From the NCBI GenBank assembly GCA_030390025.1, contig CM059433.1, positions 20,834,001 through 20,898,000 on the forward strand: a stretch of DNA of 64,000 nucleotides. The letters run 5' to 3'. The position numbers and the translations under genes were made by a program. This DNA comes from Squalus acanthias. Taxonomy: Eukaryota. Under the pieces are notes generated by a model that was not told where the DNA came from, did no database searches, and was given only the letters and a program-made list of their open reading frames with translations. This document shows, in pieces, positions 1 through 12,452 of the stretch (position 1 is the stretch's first letter; every line of letters starts with the position of its first letter).

Positions 1-52
1 AGCAAGGATAAAAGGTGCTATATAAATGCAACTCTCTTCTTTTCTTTCTTTT
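1..52 (+). mobile_element. 3' tail of a DeuSINE (SacSINE1-like) copy
   Basis: aaaggtgctatataaatgcaa followed by a CT-rich tail matches the 3' end of the copies at 11672-12130 and 55818-56200. Confidence 0.5.
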
Positions 53-59
53 AGAATGT

Positions 60-1180
60 GTATCTGTGATCATGCCTGCTTCAAGAGGGGTAATGATTTT
101 TTTTAAAGTACAAATTATAGAATGGAAGGAAAAAGCGAGATTAGAAAGATTTAAAGGAAGTATGAAAGAAGACTGCCAGTCAACATAAAGGGAAATAGCA
201 AGGAAGTAAAAGGATAATCAACGAAGGGATGAAGTGGACCATCTTGTACTTGACAGGGAGGGACTGATGGAAATGCTCAATAAGTATTTCACAGAGGAAG
301 GTGAAAGTGGTCTTTATGAGTGCCTAGGAGGATGTGGAAGAATCACTACTGGAATTAAATAATCAAAAGGGAATTATATTAAGATGTAAAAAACTTTCAC
401 CAGGCCCAGATGGTATGCGTCCAAGAATACTGACGAAGGTTGGGGAGGAAATAGCAGAGACACTTACCATCATTTTCCAATGCTGCCCCCTGTTAAGAAA
501 GAACAAAGATTTAAGACATAACATTATAGACCAATCAGTCTTATCCTAGTTATGGTTAAGCTTCTAGAATCCCCTATATGGAATTAAATGAGTTAACACT
601 TAACAGAGGAAAGGGCTAATCGGAGATAGTCAGCATAAATTTTGTAACGGGAAAGTCGTGACTAAATTGATCGAATTTTTTGAGGAAATTATTGAACGTA
701 TAGGTCAAGGGAATGAGTTGGATATTGTGTGTATGGATTTTCAGAAGGCATTTGTTGAGGTGATGCATAAGAGATTTATTCAGCAAATGAAGGGATTGTA
801 GTTGATGAATAGAGAGATGGCTAGTGGACAGAGAGCAAGTGTAGAGCAAATTAATGTTTTTGGTTTGATGGGATGTGGGCAGTGGTGTGCTCAGGGATTT
901 GTTTTCCGTTTATATAAATGAATTGGACATATGCACAGCAAAATGAGGTTTGCTAATGACACCAAATTAGGTGGCATGACAAACTGAGGAAGAATGCAGC
1001 AGATTATAGGAGGACATGGGCAGGTGAGAGAAGTGGGCAGAGATATGTGAAATAGAACATTTTAGGAAAAAGGATAGTGAAAGGAAGTATATTTGAAATG
1101 GTAAGATTTTTAACAGAGTAGAGGAACTAAGAGGTCTAGGAATACAGATTCATAGATCTTTTAAGGTGGGAGTGCAGATA
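60..1180 (+). pseudogene. Old degenerate CR1 LINE ORF2 (RT) fragment
   Basis: ORF 334-549 contains SPGPDGMRPRIL..VGEEIAETLTIIFQ; downstream gattttcagaaggcattt (DFQKAF) and tttgctaatgacaccaaattag (FA[N]DTKL); many stops and frameshifts. Confidence 0.85.
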
Positions 1181-1638
1181 GAAAAGAAAGAAATAACTTG
1201 CATTTATGTAGTACCTTCACAACCTCAGGATGTCTTAAAGCGCTTCACAGTGAATGAAGTATTTTGAAGTGCAGTCACTGTAATGATATGGGGAAATGCA
1301 GCAGCCAATCTGCACACAGCAAGGTCCCACAAACAACTATGAGATTAATGACCGGATACTCTGTTTTAATGATGTTAGTTGAGAGATAAATATTGGCCAG
1401 GACACCAGGAGAACTCCTCTGATTTTCTTCTTATAGTACCGTGGGATCTTCTGCTTGTACCTGAGAGAGCAGACAGAGCTTTGGTTTAATGTCTCATCCA
1501 AAAGATTGCATCTCCAGCAGTCCAGCACTCCATCATTACTACACTGAAGAGTCAGCCTAGGTTATGTGCTCTGGAGTTGGGCTCGAAACCATGACTTTCT
1601 GACTCAACGGTGTGAGCGCTACCACTGATCCAAAGCTA
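1181..1638 (-). mobile_element. DeuSINE (SacSINE1-like) tRNA-derived SINE
   Basis: Reverse complement of the 11672-12130 copy, with tRNA-like head, Deu-like core and L2-type tail. Confidence 0.85.
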
Positions 1639-1929
1639 AAATCAATATGTAGAAGGAGCAGAAAGCGAGCACTTCTGTCATCTTGAATGCAGCGGTTCGA
1701 GAGGGGAGAGGGGGAGTGAAAGGAGCAATTTGGTCAGCAAATGGATTCCAAATGTGCTTCCTTCCATCCGCTTGCACTTTTCTCAATATTATCCAGTTGT
1801 AAACCCTATTTTTTACTCGCAGTAATTGTGGAATGCTAGAATTGATTTAAAGAACACCAACAATTGAGACGGTTCCCTGAAGGCTTGATGGATCATTGCA
1901 CCATATAGTGTGGCACTGAATTGTACAGA

Positions 1930-2195
1930 GAAAGGAAATGTCTTGGATTCAATCTCAAGTACTGGCTCCGTTAATCAATCTCAGGCAAGGCAGCAGTGGC
2001 ATAAATACAACTGGGATTGGGAGGGAATCTGCCACCCAGGATTCCTGCTCCTGATTACTATCAGTGAGGCAAATGGACATAGTATGGGAATAGGTTTGAA
2101 TTTGGCTAAAGCATTCCCAAAAGTACCTGACAACACTGATTATCTATGCTCACAAATGAAGAATGACCCCTAGGAGAGGTAAATATGAACTCTCA
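1930..2195 (+). mobile_element. Older SINE-like repeat (family 2), interrupted by a MITE; continues about 3077-3150
   Basis: Similar to 7105-7470 and 42765-43030 (ttcaatc B-box-like motif, gggattgggaggg, ttcctgctcctgatt..ctatc). Confidence 0.5.
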
Positions 2196-3073
2196 GGCCG
2201 GAATATTGCCGGTGCTCAGGGGGCAGGTTTGGAGGTGGGACATCCAGCAAAGTCACAAAGATTGACAGCGGGTCAGAAACCTGCTGTCAAGCCGCCTCCA
2301 AACAATCTTCCCAGGTGTCGGGTCCCCGATTTGTGCATGGACCCGACACCTAGCGGCGGTAAGAGGATTATAGGCACTTAACTGCTTGTTAACAGGTTGT
2401 TAACAGGCAGTTAAGAGGCTTTTTGCAATTTTGACAGGTCTACTGCGGGCTTCCCGACATCTGGACACCACGCCAGGTAAGTGTGGCGTGCTGTGGGTCT
2501 ACTGTAATGTTTCTGCATTGATGACAGCTGCAGAAGTGGTGTGAAGGATCCAATGGTACACTGGTGAGTTTCAGAGGTAAGAAAATGTTGGGAAAATCAT
2601 TTTAAATGCATTTACACTTTTCAGTAGGTGACAAGTTTTGGATTGTGTGTGTAGTCCCACCTCATTGGGAGAACCTCTCTCACCAGTGACAGATCACTTC
2701 TGTAACCTCACCAACAGCTGCCATCTGTTCTAGCCTAAGGAGGGAGTCACTGGAGAGCCTGGATGTAAGGGCTCACCTTTGTACCGTGATTGTCAGTGTT
2801 TGCAGCACCTCAATGCTGTCAAACACTGAAAAATCAGCTGTCAACAAAAATTGTGCGTGGCCCCTTTAAGAAAACCGGCAGATGACACGTCATCAACTGA
2901 CGTCATCTGACACTGGCTTCCTCTTAATTGGCCGGCAAGCCCACAAGGTGGGCTTAACAAGGCCAATTGACGCAAAATCGCGTCTGTGCGTCTGATGTCG
3001 TTGGGGGCAGGACTGGAACCCGGAAGGCAGCTGTCCCGCCCTCTAAGCCGCATTGATAGGAAAAATCGCGGCC
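2196..3073. mobile_element. PIF/Harbinger-type MITE
   Basis: Imperfect TIRs ggccggaatatt / aaaatcgcggcc flanked by 3-bp TSD TCA/TCA; homologous in opposite orientation to 10580-11422. Confidence 0.8.
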
Positions 3074-3459
3074 TCAGTAACTACATGACCATACCTCAGA
3101 ATGACTTGACTGTCTTCAGGACAGGAGAAAATTGAAGGGGGAGGGGGAGAAAGGACAAAACACAAGTGAGAATGCTTCCAGAGAATAATTTTCCAAATGA
3201 TAGTGTATGAAAATCCATCTGATTGTGATTGCTTACATTTGAATATCTAAATAGTCTGCGACAACCAGTTGATTGCATGACTAATATTCTGAAACCAAAA
3301 GGGAGATTATCTACAGCTAGCAGGGTTATATCAATACCTCCAACTGTCCAACATACAGCTGATTTTCCAATTGGAATCCCCATCAAATAGTACAGTAGAG
3401 ATGTTCTATTAATGTTACTTGTATCACGTTATATTCACACTGCTGAAAGAATTTAGAGA

Positions 3460-3830
3460 TGGAAATGCCATAAAAAGGCAAATGAGATTCTGGGTTTTAT
3501 ACATATGGGTATCAAGTATAAAAGCAAAGAACTGATCCTGAATTTTTACAGGACATTAGCTGGGCCACAGTCGGAGCATCTGTTTAGTTCCAGGTACCCC
3601 ATTATAAGAAGGATATTGGTTCCATCGGAAGAGTACAGCTAAGATTCAGTGCATTCATTCCACAAATGAGATATTATGTTTATGAAGAAAAGGCTTGGGA
3701 AATTGAGGCTTTTTTTCCCACAGGAACAGAGATAACTAAGGAAGACCGAGTAGATGATTTTAAAGTAAACAGTGAAGGATTGTTTCCATTGTTTGATGAA
3801 TTGATAACAAGGGAGCACAGACTGAAATGA
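3460..3830 (+). pseudogene. Continuation of the old CR1 ORF2 fragment at 60-1180
   Basis: gccataaaaaaggcaaatgagattctgggttttata corresponds to the AIKKANxILGFI region that follows the point where the CR1 is broken at about 1180. Confidence 0.75.
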
Positions 3831-4354
3831 TCACATGCCATGGTGTCCAAAATCCGTTTGACCTCACATTAAAGTCCTGTTACCCTCCTCTTGGTTAAGG
3901 CAGTGTAAAGCAGGGACCTCGGGGCTACAGTGTTGCGCCTCATTTATCTGTGTTTACTTTGATGTTAAAGTAGGCCCATTTAATGATAAAACAAAATTTT
4001 CTCAGTGGTCAGACAGTGGAGCTATTAACCTATTTCTAACCCTTAAGTATATGCAGTGGCCATCAAACGATCCTTTTGCTTTGACACCCGGTAATAATCA
4101 AATCGCATCTTGTCCAGTTCTCCATATTTTTAAACAAAGTACAACCTGACTCCTCTGAGAACAAAGCTCCCTTGATGGTTCAGCCTATAGATAATAAATT
4201 GTACCTATTTCTCCCAGTCTGTAGATTTGCAGATATTAGCATTTCAAAGGAGGATTGCCCAGCCAATCATTTTACTTTGACCAAATCATTTTCTAAATAC
4301 ATTAGTTGACCGAGTAACAAAGGCTAGCTGCCTCTCATTAAAACTGCGGATACA

Positions 4355-4405
4355 TAGAAAAAGAAAAGAAAGAACTTGCATTTATATAGCGCCTTTCACG
4401 ACCTC
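4355..4405 (-). mobile_element. DeuSINE 3' tail fragment
   Basis: aagaacttgcatttatatagcgcctttcacgacctc is the reverse complement of the SINE tail. Confidence 0.7.
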
Positions 4406-4710
4406 CATCACTGGCCCACCCCTTGTTCGACACTCCTGCAGCTCTACTTTTGGAATCTGTCCATCAGCCATTATGCTTCAACCTCTGGAACATCCTCTCC
4501 CAGCATCCATCCCTCGTCAGCTTCAATTTTGCCTCCAAAAGCCACTTCTGAGGCCCAGCTCTTCAACTGTGCTGTAGCATACTTTGGCTCCAAACACCTC
4601 TTTTCCTTTTATTCCTGGTGTTTGGCATCTAATGTTTGAACACCACCCTGTAAACACTTTGCGCCATCTCTGTGCATGTGGGAAGTGCTATAGAATGCAA
4701 GTTGTTTTGC
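4406..4710 (+). mobile_element. Degenerate L2 LINE 3' end
   Basis: Diverged similarity to 6090-6752 (ctctggaac, ctcttcaact, tgtaaacacttt, gtgctatagaatgcaagttgtt). Confidence 0.5.
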
Positions 4711-4917
4711 TGTATACCTGGTGCGGAGGGTGTAACAGAGCAGAGAAGAATGATATTTTTTGTACTCCGCACACTCCCTTATTAAATCTGATGCAGTATC
4801 TTCCAACAATGCACTTTAATCACCTTCCTGCCCAGTTTGATTTTTCCATTTGCCGGAATGTTTACCCTTGTGATCTGTCAGGGTGCGATTACTCAATTAA
4901 AGCTAACTTCAGAATAA

Positions 4918-5422
4918 GGCCCAGATTTTCCTCCATTGCCCCCCCCCCCCCCCCCATTTTGGAGCAGATGGGAGTGGGAATTGTGGCAGGGAACCATCCT
5001 CTTTGCTCCCTGACATCTGCCACCACTTGTGTGGGACTTTCAGCCAGCATTAACACCTTCGAAACACTGAGCGCCAAGACTCGTGTTGCCATTCCTGGCA
5101 GCCAGTGTTGCCAAAGAGACAGAGGGACGGTTCTAAAATGAAGGGCCACATTGCCAAGTGCAGTCAATCACAATGTGGGGAGATTTAAAATATATATTTT
5201 TAAGTGTCTTCAGACCATGCTACACAATGGCAGGAGCCACAGTAATTTTCCTTTCCCCCCCCCCGCCCCCTCCCCAGCCAACCGAGGTGGGTAGCCTGAC
5301 AGTCCTGGAAATACTATTGGTTGCCCAGCCACCGGGGTCAGAGTTGGGGTCACAGAAGTGGACGGAAATCTGCCCCTGACGGTCTTCGGGCAGGAGCAGC
5401 AGCACAGAAGAAAATCTAGGCC
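4918..5422. mobile_element. PIF/Harbinger-type MITE
   Basis: TIRs ggcccagattttc / gaaaatctaggcc (12 of 13 match); TAA on the left, TSD not preserved on the right. Confidence 0.7.
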
Positions 5423-6089
5423 AGAGTCTTTTCTGAAAAGCTGCACTGGAATCTGAGACTGTTAAAAATTAATTTCATTTAAATCCTTTAATAACATTCA
5501 AAGAGGAGTCTCTTATACTGCAGAAATGTCTTGAGTTTTGTGGGCAAATAATTAAACCTGGAACAAGTGATTAAGTAATGTAAGCTGTTATCAATACATT
5601 ATTAAAATGTGTAAAAATATAGCCTTAAGAAAAAGCAAAATATTATAGAAGAGATTTTAGAGAAACGCATGGTAGCCTGCATTACATTTAATTATTTCAG
5701 TGTTGGGTTCCAACATCTAATTTTTCTCCACCTCAGTGATTGAAAAATTGTGCAGCATAAGAAAAGAAACTCACTCGAACAACCAGTATTCCCAACCTAC
5801 AAATGTGACATGGCTCACAGCCTGTCAAATGTTGGGCTATGAGCTTGCATGTGCTAGGACTTGCAGAGCAGCTGGCTGTATTTATTTTACTCTGTGACCC
5901 TTTGCAACCAATAGAAAGGTGACCCTCATTGTTTGGTGAGATTCGGTTTCTTACGGTGAAGAGCAAAATATTGGACTGCTTGCTGCAGTCTCGTGTTTCA
6001 TTCATCTCACCTCTTACTGCTTTATCCAGCAGCAATTTTGTTTTCACATAATAATTGAAAACTGTGACAAAGCAAATTAGCATCCCTTA

Positions 6090-6752
6090 GCATCACTAAG
6101 AACACCTATTTCCACCTCCGCAACATTGCCCGACTCCGCCCCTGCCTCAGCTCATCTGCTGCTGAAACCCTCATCCATGCCTTTGTTACCTCTAGACTTG
6201 ACTATTCCAACGCAATCCTGACCGGCCTCCCATCTTTCACTCTCCATAAACTTAAGCTGGTCCAAAACTCTGCTGCCCGTATGCTAAGTCGTACCAAGCC
6301 CCGTTCACCCATCACCCCTGTGCTCGCTGACCAAATTGGCTCCCGGTCCAGCAACGCCTCGAATTTTAAAATTCTTATCCTTTTGTTCAAATCTCTCCAT
6401 GGTCTCACCCATTCCTATCTCTGTAACCTCCTCCAGCTCTACCAGCCTCCGAGACCTCTGCACTCCTCCAATTCTGGCCTCTTGTGCATCCCTGATTTTA
6501 ATCGATCCACCATTGGCGGCCATGCCTTCAGCTGCCTGGGCCCTAAGCTCGGGAGTTCCCTCCCTAAACCTCTCCGCCTCTCGACCTCTCTCTCCCCCTT
6601 TAAGATGCTCCTCGAAACCTACATCTTTGACCGCTTTTCCCAATATCTCTTTATGTGGCTCGGTGCCAAATTGTATCTGATAACGCTCCTGTGAAGCGCC
6701 TTGGGATGTTTTTGCTATGTAAACGGTGCTGTTTAAATGCAAGTTGTTGTTG
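6090..6752 (+). mobile_element. L2-clade LINE 3' fragment
   Basis: Encodes YFHLRNIARLRPCL..AAETLIHAFVTSRLDYSNA and FKILILLFKSLHG, typical of the L2 C-terminus; tail ends aaatgcaagttgttgttg. Confidence 0.9.
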
Positions 6753-6977
6753 GTGCCAGGTGTGTATCAGTAACAAGGATGAAATATATGGTGACAAGTA
6801 TTGTAGTGTTGAATTGCTGATTTTGCATATAGACTTACAGTTGTTGATTACTTGTAGCTGTTTGCACCTTATTGTAATATGCATTTGATAATAGATCTGT
6901 AAATTTGGCCATTGCAGTTTTGACCCTTGCTTTCTCCTCGGGGTTGCAGGAAGACTTTGGTGCAGGACAAAAGGGCA

Positions 6978-7015
6978 ACATTTTATCCCCTAAAGAATTT
7001 TAGGGGATAAAATGT
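6978..7015. repeat. Perfect 17-bp inverted repeat with 4-nt loop
   Basis: acattttatcccctaaa-gaat-tttaggggataaaatgt. Confidence 0.9.
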
Positions 7016-7104
7016 CACCAAGTGCTTTTATGGAATAACTTTTTTTTGTCATTTTGCAAAAAAATAATTAGATACAATTAAAAGCATTTTGATTTTGTGA
7101 GTTT

Positions 7105-7470
7105 ATCCAGTGAGTAGCTGAGCCATAAAGACCTGGCTCAATCGGTTCAATCACCAGTCTGTGCTGAGTTAGCTATTCTGAGTCAGGGCAGCAGCAAGGG
7201 GCACTACAGTTGCATTCAACATCCCTGGATTAGGGAGGGTAGAACTGCTCAGGTATTCAGCTCCTCATTGCTATCCAGCGACTCCCACTGGAGGTGCCTG
7301 TTTTATGGACAGGATCTGACATGGCTGTGATGGTCCCCGGAGTTGATCAGCCTGTCAAGGCTCACCCATGAATAATAGGTACTTGGTTAAGGTACCAGTG
7401 GGCGACCAGTGCTTGTGTAATCATTGCCCAGCAAATAGTTGGTTACTTCAGGGAAGGAGTGAGGGCTGGG
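7105..7470 (+). mobile_element. Older SINE-like repeat (family 2)
   Basis: ggttcaatc..gtctgtgctgagtt is shared with 42765-43030 and 1930-2195. Confidence 0.55.
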
Positions 7471-7754
7471 GGTGGGGGGAGGGTTGGGGGGGGGGGTGGA
7501 GCATGGGGGGGAGTAATTGGGAAACGTTGATATTTGCCGTAAAGTACTTATGAGAATAAATCGAAACATGGGTGTTTTGTTCTGCTCATACATAAGGAGG
7601 TACAACAAATGAAAGTGTACAAGAAAGCTGCAAAGCACTTAGGATTGGATTGCTCCTTGTTCCCAACTCCTTCCTCACCATCTTTTTATAAGTTTGGAAA
7701 TTCAATGGCATGTGTGTCATTAAATGCTTCATATTTTGACCACTTACAGACTTT

Positions 7755-8040
7755 GGGGTAGAAATTCAGGTGCGCCCATTTCTGGCTGTGCAGGGGCTGC
7801 AGGGTACATTCCCTGAAGTGGGGCCTCAAACAGGCATTAGGTCACTTATTTGCATTTGCAAATTCATTAAGGCCTGTTTCAGGTGTGGGCACTGGAAGCC
7901 TATTGCTTTTCTTGTACCAATATGGCAGGCAGCGCGCTTCCAGACAGAAATGTGCGGCCACTTCCCGCCTGCCATATTGGGGGCTTAGTAGGCCAGTTAA
8001 CGCCCAAAAAACAGACGCTGCACAGCTGAATTTATAGGTC
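7755..8040. mobile_element. Short Harbinger-type MITE (degenerate)
   Basis: Ends ggggtagaaattcagg / gctgaatttataggtc; GC-rich interior against AT-rich flanks. Confidence 0.55.
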
Positions 8041-9134
8041 GTAATTGTGTATTTCTTTAAATCAAGTTTACATTGAGAAATAGTGAAAATAACATGGGTA
8101 AAATTACAATCCTAAATATTACTTGGTCAGTACAGGCCTTTCCCGATGATCTTTCCCGTTTAAATTCATGCACCTCCATCAAGCACAGATGTGATAGAGG
8201 TTTTTATGTAAATAAAATAACAGGTTGAATCGTTGTAACAGAGGAGCACTACGATTTGATGCTTCAGGCCTTACAAGTTTACTCTTTAAAAAATGGCACT
8301 GCCTCATCTTTAAGGTTGGATATTGCCCATATGCCCTTGTTTCATGAGCTTGCGAAGATAAATACACACCAGATTCCTTATAAGTTTTTTATCTCTTTCC
8401 CATTTCTAAACTATACACCTTCCAATATTCTGTCTGTTGTTGTTCTAGTCTTTATTTGGCCCCTGTGTCATTTAATTCCAGAAGAATAATTCATACACTT
8501 TCTCTGCATCCGATCGTTGTTTATGAATCCACATCACTGCTTGTAGTAATATTCTGTTTCATATCTTTGTATTGGTGATCTTATGTTCTATGTCTCCATT
8601 CAATTTATGCTCCATGCTCCAAATCAGAAAGGAAATGAAAAGTTCATGAAATTACATGTTGTGGAGGCTTGATTGACTTGATATAATTTAAATCTTATTA
8701 CTGTCTATGAAAGAACTTACATAAAAGTGAGTAAAAGCCGCTTCTAAGACATTAAATATATCACCATATGCCAAATGCTAACTATTTTTTTTTGCTAACT
8801 CTCAACATAGATTTGCTCTGTTACAACAGGAGATAAAACCTCACAAGAGCTTTTGCTTTTTAATTTTACATTTCATTTGCAGTAAAGATTGCAAATAATG
8901 AAGGACGTGTAGTTGAATATTATTGAAACCATTATTTGGGACTTGATTGCAGCGCCTCATTATCTTTGATACCAACTTCTGGCTCCGTTAATTTAAGCCA
9001 ATGAACATCACATTGTAGATCAGTGTGACTCACTAGCATTTTATCAAAGGCCACAATTCCAACCAGTGTCTTGCTTGAGGGTGGCTTACTGCACCCATGA
9101 CTTTGCATACAAGTTCTTGATTTCAGTCATGCAT

Positions 9135-9873
9135 TGCGGGCAGTTTCTGAGTGGCGTGTTGGGCAGGTCCCGATAGGAGTGGGAGAAAATGCTGCAGAAA
9201 TGATGATCCTGATTTTGGTCTTCGGTGTACATCGGGCAGACAGTGGATGGAGCTATCAACACCCACCTGATGTTGTTGGTGAGAGGCTTGAACCATTTTC
9301 ATCGTCAGGCCTTATTTAAATTCAGTTGGCAAGGTGCCTGCGTGCGTTTCGCGCTGACAGGCAGCTTGTCCTTTCAGGAGGGCAGGTAATCCAGTAAGGC
9401 AACCACGGAGCCTGGGCTTGCAGGAGCAAGGAGTCCAATCGTGGGGAGTGAAGGAGAGCTTTAATGAAAGGCCGGAAGATTACCACGAAGAGCAGGGAGA
9501 GCGATGAAGGTCACCCTGAAGCCAAAAAACTGCCAAATGAATTATTACTTTTTATTCTTGCCAGTCCTGCTTTCAGCAATCCTTTGAAAGGCTGTTGGTT
9601 CTGGCCATTTCCCACTTCGTGTAGTGGGGGGGTTTTACCCTTTGGCGGCCACTGCGCTAATGACTAAAAAATAGCATCGGGCTCCGAGCTACATCATAGG
9701 ACCCTGATTTGCATAGCTTAATGAGGCTTCTGCCAATTTCTGGTCAGAGTGCTGACACCGCTCGAAAATTACAGCAAGTGGGAAGTTGGTGGGAAGCAAC
9801 TTTTGCAATTTTAGTCTTGCTACTGCCCCATTCACACGAAAAATGGGGCAGTAAAGAGGCTAAAATTGGGCCC
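9135..9873. mobile_element. Degenerate Harbinger-type non-autonomous element
   Basis: Right end ctaaaattgggccc resembles the other MITE TIRs; internal tgatttgcata and cttaatgagg motifs are shared with other MITEs; left TIR not clear. Confidence 0.4.
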
Positions 9874-10579
9874 GGTAGTTCTTTTGAAAAATGAGTCTTT
9901 TGTGCAGCCCTTTCATTTGTTCCATGAATACTGGGATATGCCTGCCTCTTAACAAGATTCCCTTGCTTCCTCCCTTCCTAGATATCAAAAGGGTAAAGCA
10001 CCAAATCCTAACTCTAACAACTCACAGCCAGATAAGCCATGGGGCAGCAAGTCTGTCAAGAGATGCAGGTTGAAGGGGAGGTGGGCCACAGTCCATGCCC
10101 AGGCCTTATTATGAGTATCGTTAGCATAGAGATCAGGATCTGGATTACCATCCGGCATCTCTGTGTCGACCTTGAAGTTAGTCTTCTGCGTGAATGTAAT
10201 TATTTCTTTATTGCATCTTAAAACTGCACAGATTCTTTTCAGTTATCAGATAAAGGTTAATAGTTTAGAATTCAAACATTTCCATTAAAGAATGCCTTTA
10301 ATCTCTGCTTTCCGGCATACTTTGTTTCAACGGCCAAGGAGTTTGAAACATCCATCAGGGCAATGATCTATATTTATTCTTTTACAATTTTTTAGAGAAG
10401 GTCCTGTAAATTGCAATTGGTCACATTATAAATCAGTTTTTAAAATGATAGGTGGAAATAAGATACAAAAGTCTATATAATGGTAGGAAATAGATTGCAA
10501 AAATATTCTGGTTAAAGTGTGATAGGGAGTTAGAGCATGTTAGTTCTCTCTCTCTGTGGAAATGCATATCTTTCACTTA

Positions 10580-11422
10580 GGGGGCGATTTTGCCAATGGG
10601 GGCGCGTTGGAGGCGGGACTGCTGCTTGTCGGGTCGTTGTCCCGCCTGCATCGACTTGTGGCCAACCCACGCTATTTTCCCTTGATTGACCTTGTTAAGC
10701 CCGCCCAGCGGGTTTAGCAGGCCAATTAAGGGGAAGCCGGTTACAGAGAACGTCAGCGTATGACGTTTCATCTGTCAAAAAGTTTTGACAGATGAATTGT
10801 CATCGTTTGACAGCTCTGTGAAGCTGTCAAACACTGACATTCTCTGTTGTTTGATGAGTCATTGTATTCAAGACTCATCAAACCTCTTTCTTTTGCAGAA
10901 ATTAGATGGTTGTTGCATCGGAGAATGCAGCAGCCATGTCATCTCTGCTGGTGAGATGCGAGACTCTCCTCATCCCCAACTGTTGAAGCCTGCAGGAAGA
11001 AACAAAGGTAAGTAAACATTTTCTATCACTTTCCACTCACCTCACATACTTACCTCTTCACACTTGCACCCATCACTTACCTTCACAGTGCACTTTTGCA
11101 CCCCTCCGACCCCCGCAGACCCACTGCTCGCCTCGCTGACCCTGGCGGGGTTTCCCGACATCGGGAAGCCTGCGCCTCTATTGGAAAAATGGGGATAATC
11201 CTTTTAACTGCCTGTTAACTAACTGTTAACAGGCAGTTAAGTGGCTGTAATCCCCTTCCCGCCTCCAGGAGACGGGACCCGGTGCGGGTCGGCTACCCGC
11301 CTCCTGGCAAGATGACACAGAGGCTGGTTGGGGCCGGGATGGGCACCGGCCCCCAGATTCTGCCATTTTTCCGGCAGTCCCGCCTCCATACCTGCCTCCC
11401 CAGGGCTGGCAAGATCGCGCCC
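10580..11422. mobile_element. PIF/Harbinger-type MITE
   Basis: TIRs gggggcgattttgcca / tggcaagatcgcgccc (14 of 16 match), TSD TTA/TTA. Confidence 0.88.
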
Positions 11423-11671
11423 TTAGTGTCCTTCTTTAGGATTAGAGTGGAATTACAAATGTCAGTCCATGTTCCACTATGCTTGTGCTGCAAATACTGC
11501 TACACCAGCACTTCACATTTTACAGGTTTGTTCAGTTTAATTTTATTACCAACATGAAGAGCTATTAAATACTTGCATACAAGACTAGGCACCATACTGT
11601 GCTTCCCATAAGTAGGAATTGGTTAATAAATTCATAGGACATCTGCATCTGAGACTCTAATTTTGCTTTAG

Positions 11672-12130
11672 TGTCAGCTGTGGCTCAGTGGGTAGCACAC
11701 TCACCTCTGAGTCAGGAGGTTGTGGGTTCAAGTCCCACTCCAGGGACTTGAGCACATAAATCTAGGTCGACCCTCCAAGGGAGTGCTGCACCGTCAGAGG
11801 TGCCGTCTGTCAGATGAGACGTTAAACCGAGGCCCCGTCTGCTCTCTCAGGTAGACGTAAAAGATCCCACGGCACTATTTCAAAGAAGAGTTCGGGGAGT
11901 TATCCCCGGTGTCCTGGCCAATATTTATCCCTCAACCAACATCACTAAAACCAGATTATCTGGTCATTATCACATTGCTGTTTGTGGGAGCTTGCTGTGT
12001 GCAAATTGGCTGCTGCGTTTCCCACATTTGAAGTGTAGTCACTGTTGTAAAGTACTTCATCGGCTGTAAAGCGCTTTGAGACATCCGGTGGTTGTGAAAG
12101 ACGCAATATCAATGCAAGTCTTTCTTTTTT
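11672..12130 (+). mobile_element. Full-length DeuSINE (SacSINE1-like)
   Basis: Pol III A box tggctcagtggg and B box ggttcaagtcc; Deu-domain-like ggtgccgtc..gatgagacgttaaaccgagg..taaaagatccc..gtgtcctggccaa; L2-like tail. Confidence 0.9.
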
Positions 12131-12452
12131 GTCACAATCTCTCTCATTGCCACAAGAAGAGAAATCAGGCTACTGATTAGAGGACCAGTACCCTTGCCCA
12201 AGTTTTAGCAGCAGTTCTGTACTGCCAACATTAGAGAGAACAGGGAAATCTGAAACATGGTGACAGCTGAACTGTTACTATGCTTGCAGGCGAAATATAA
12301 CCATATACCGCAGAAACACCGCTCCTGGAAAATTATACACATTGACCGTATAAAGCGTTTTTTGTGGTTTACGGGTATTACGAAACCACCAAATGTGCTC
12401 TTCATGTCAACCGTTTCCAACAAAACTTCACCTGGTAACGTTAATATGGAAG

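Noticed and set aside
11672..11745. tRNA gene
   Set aside because: It is the tRNA-derived head of a SINE and continues directly into the SINE body, as in the other copies
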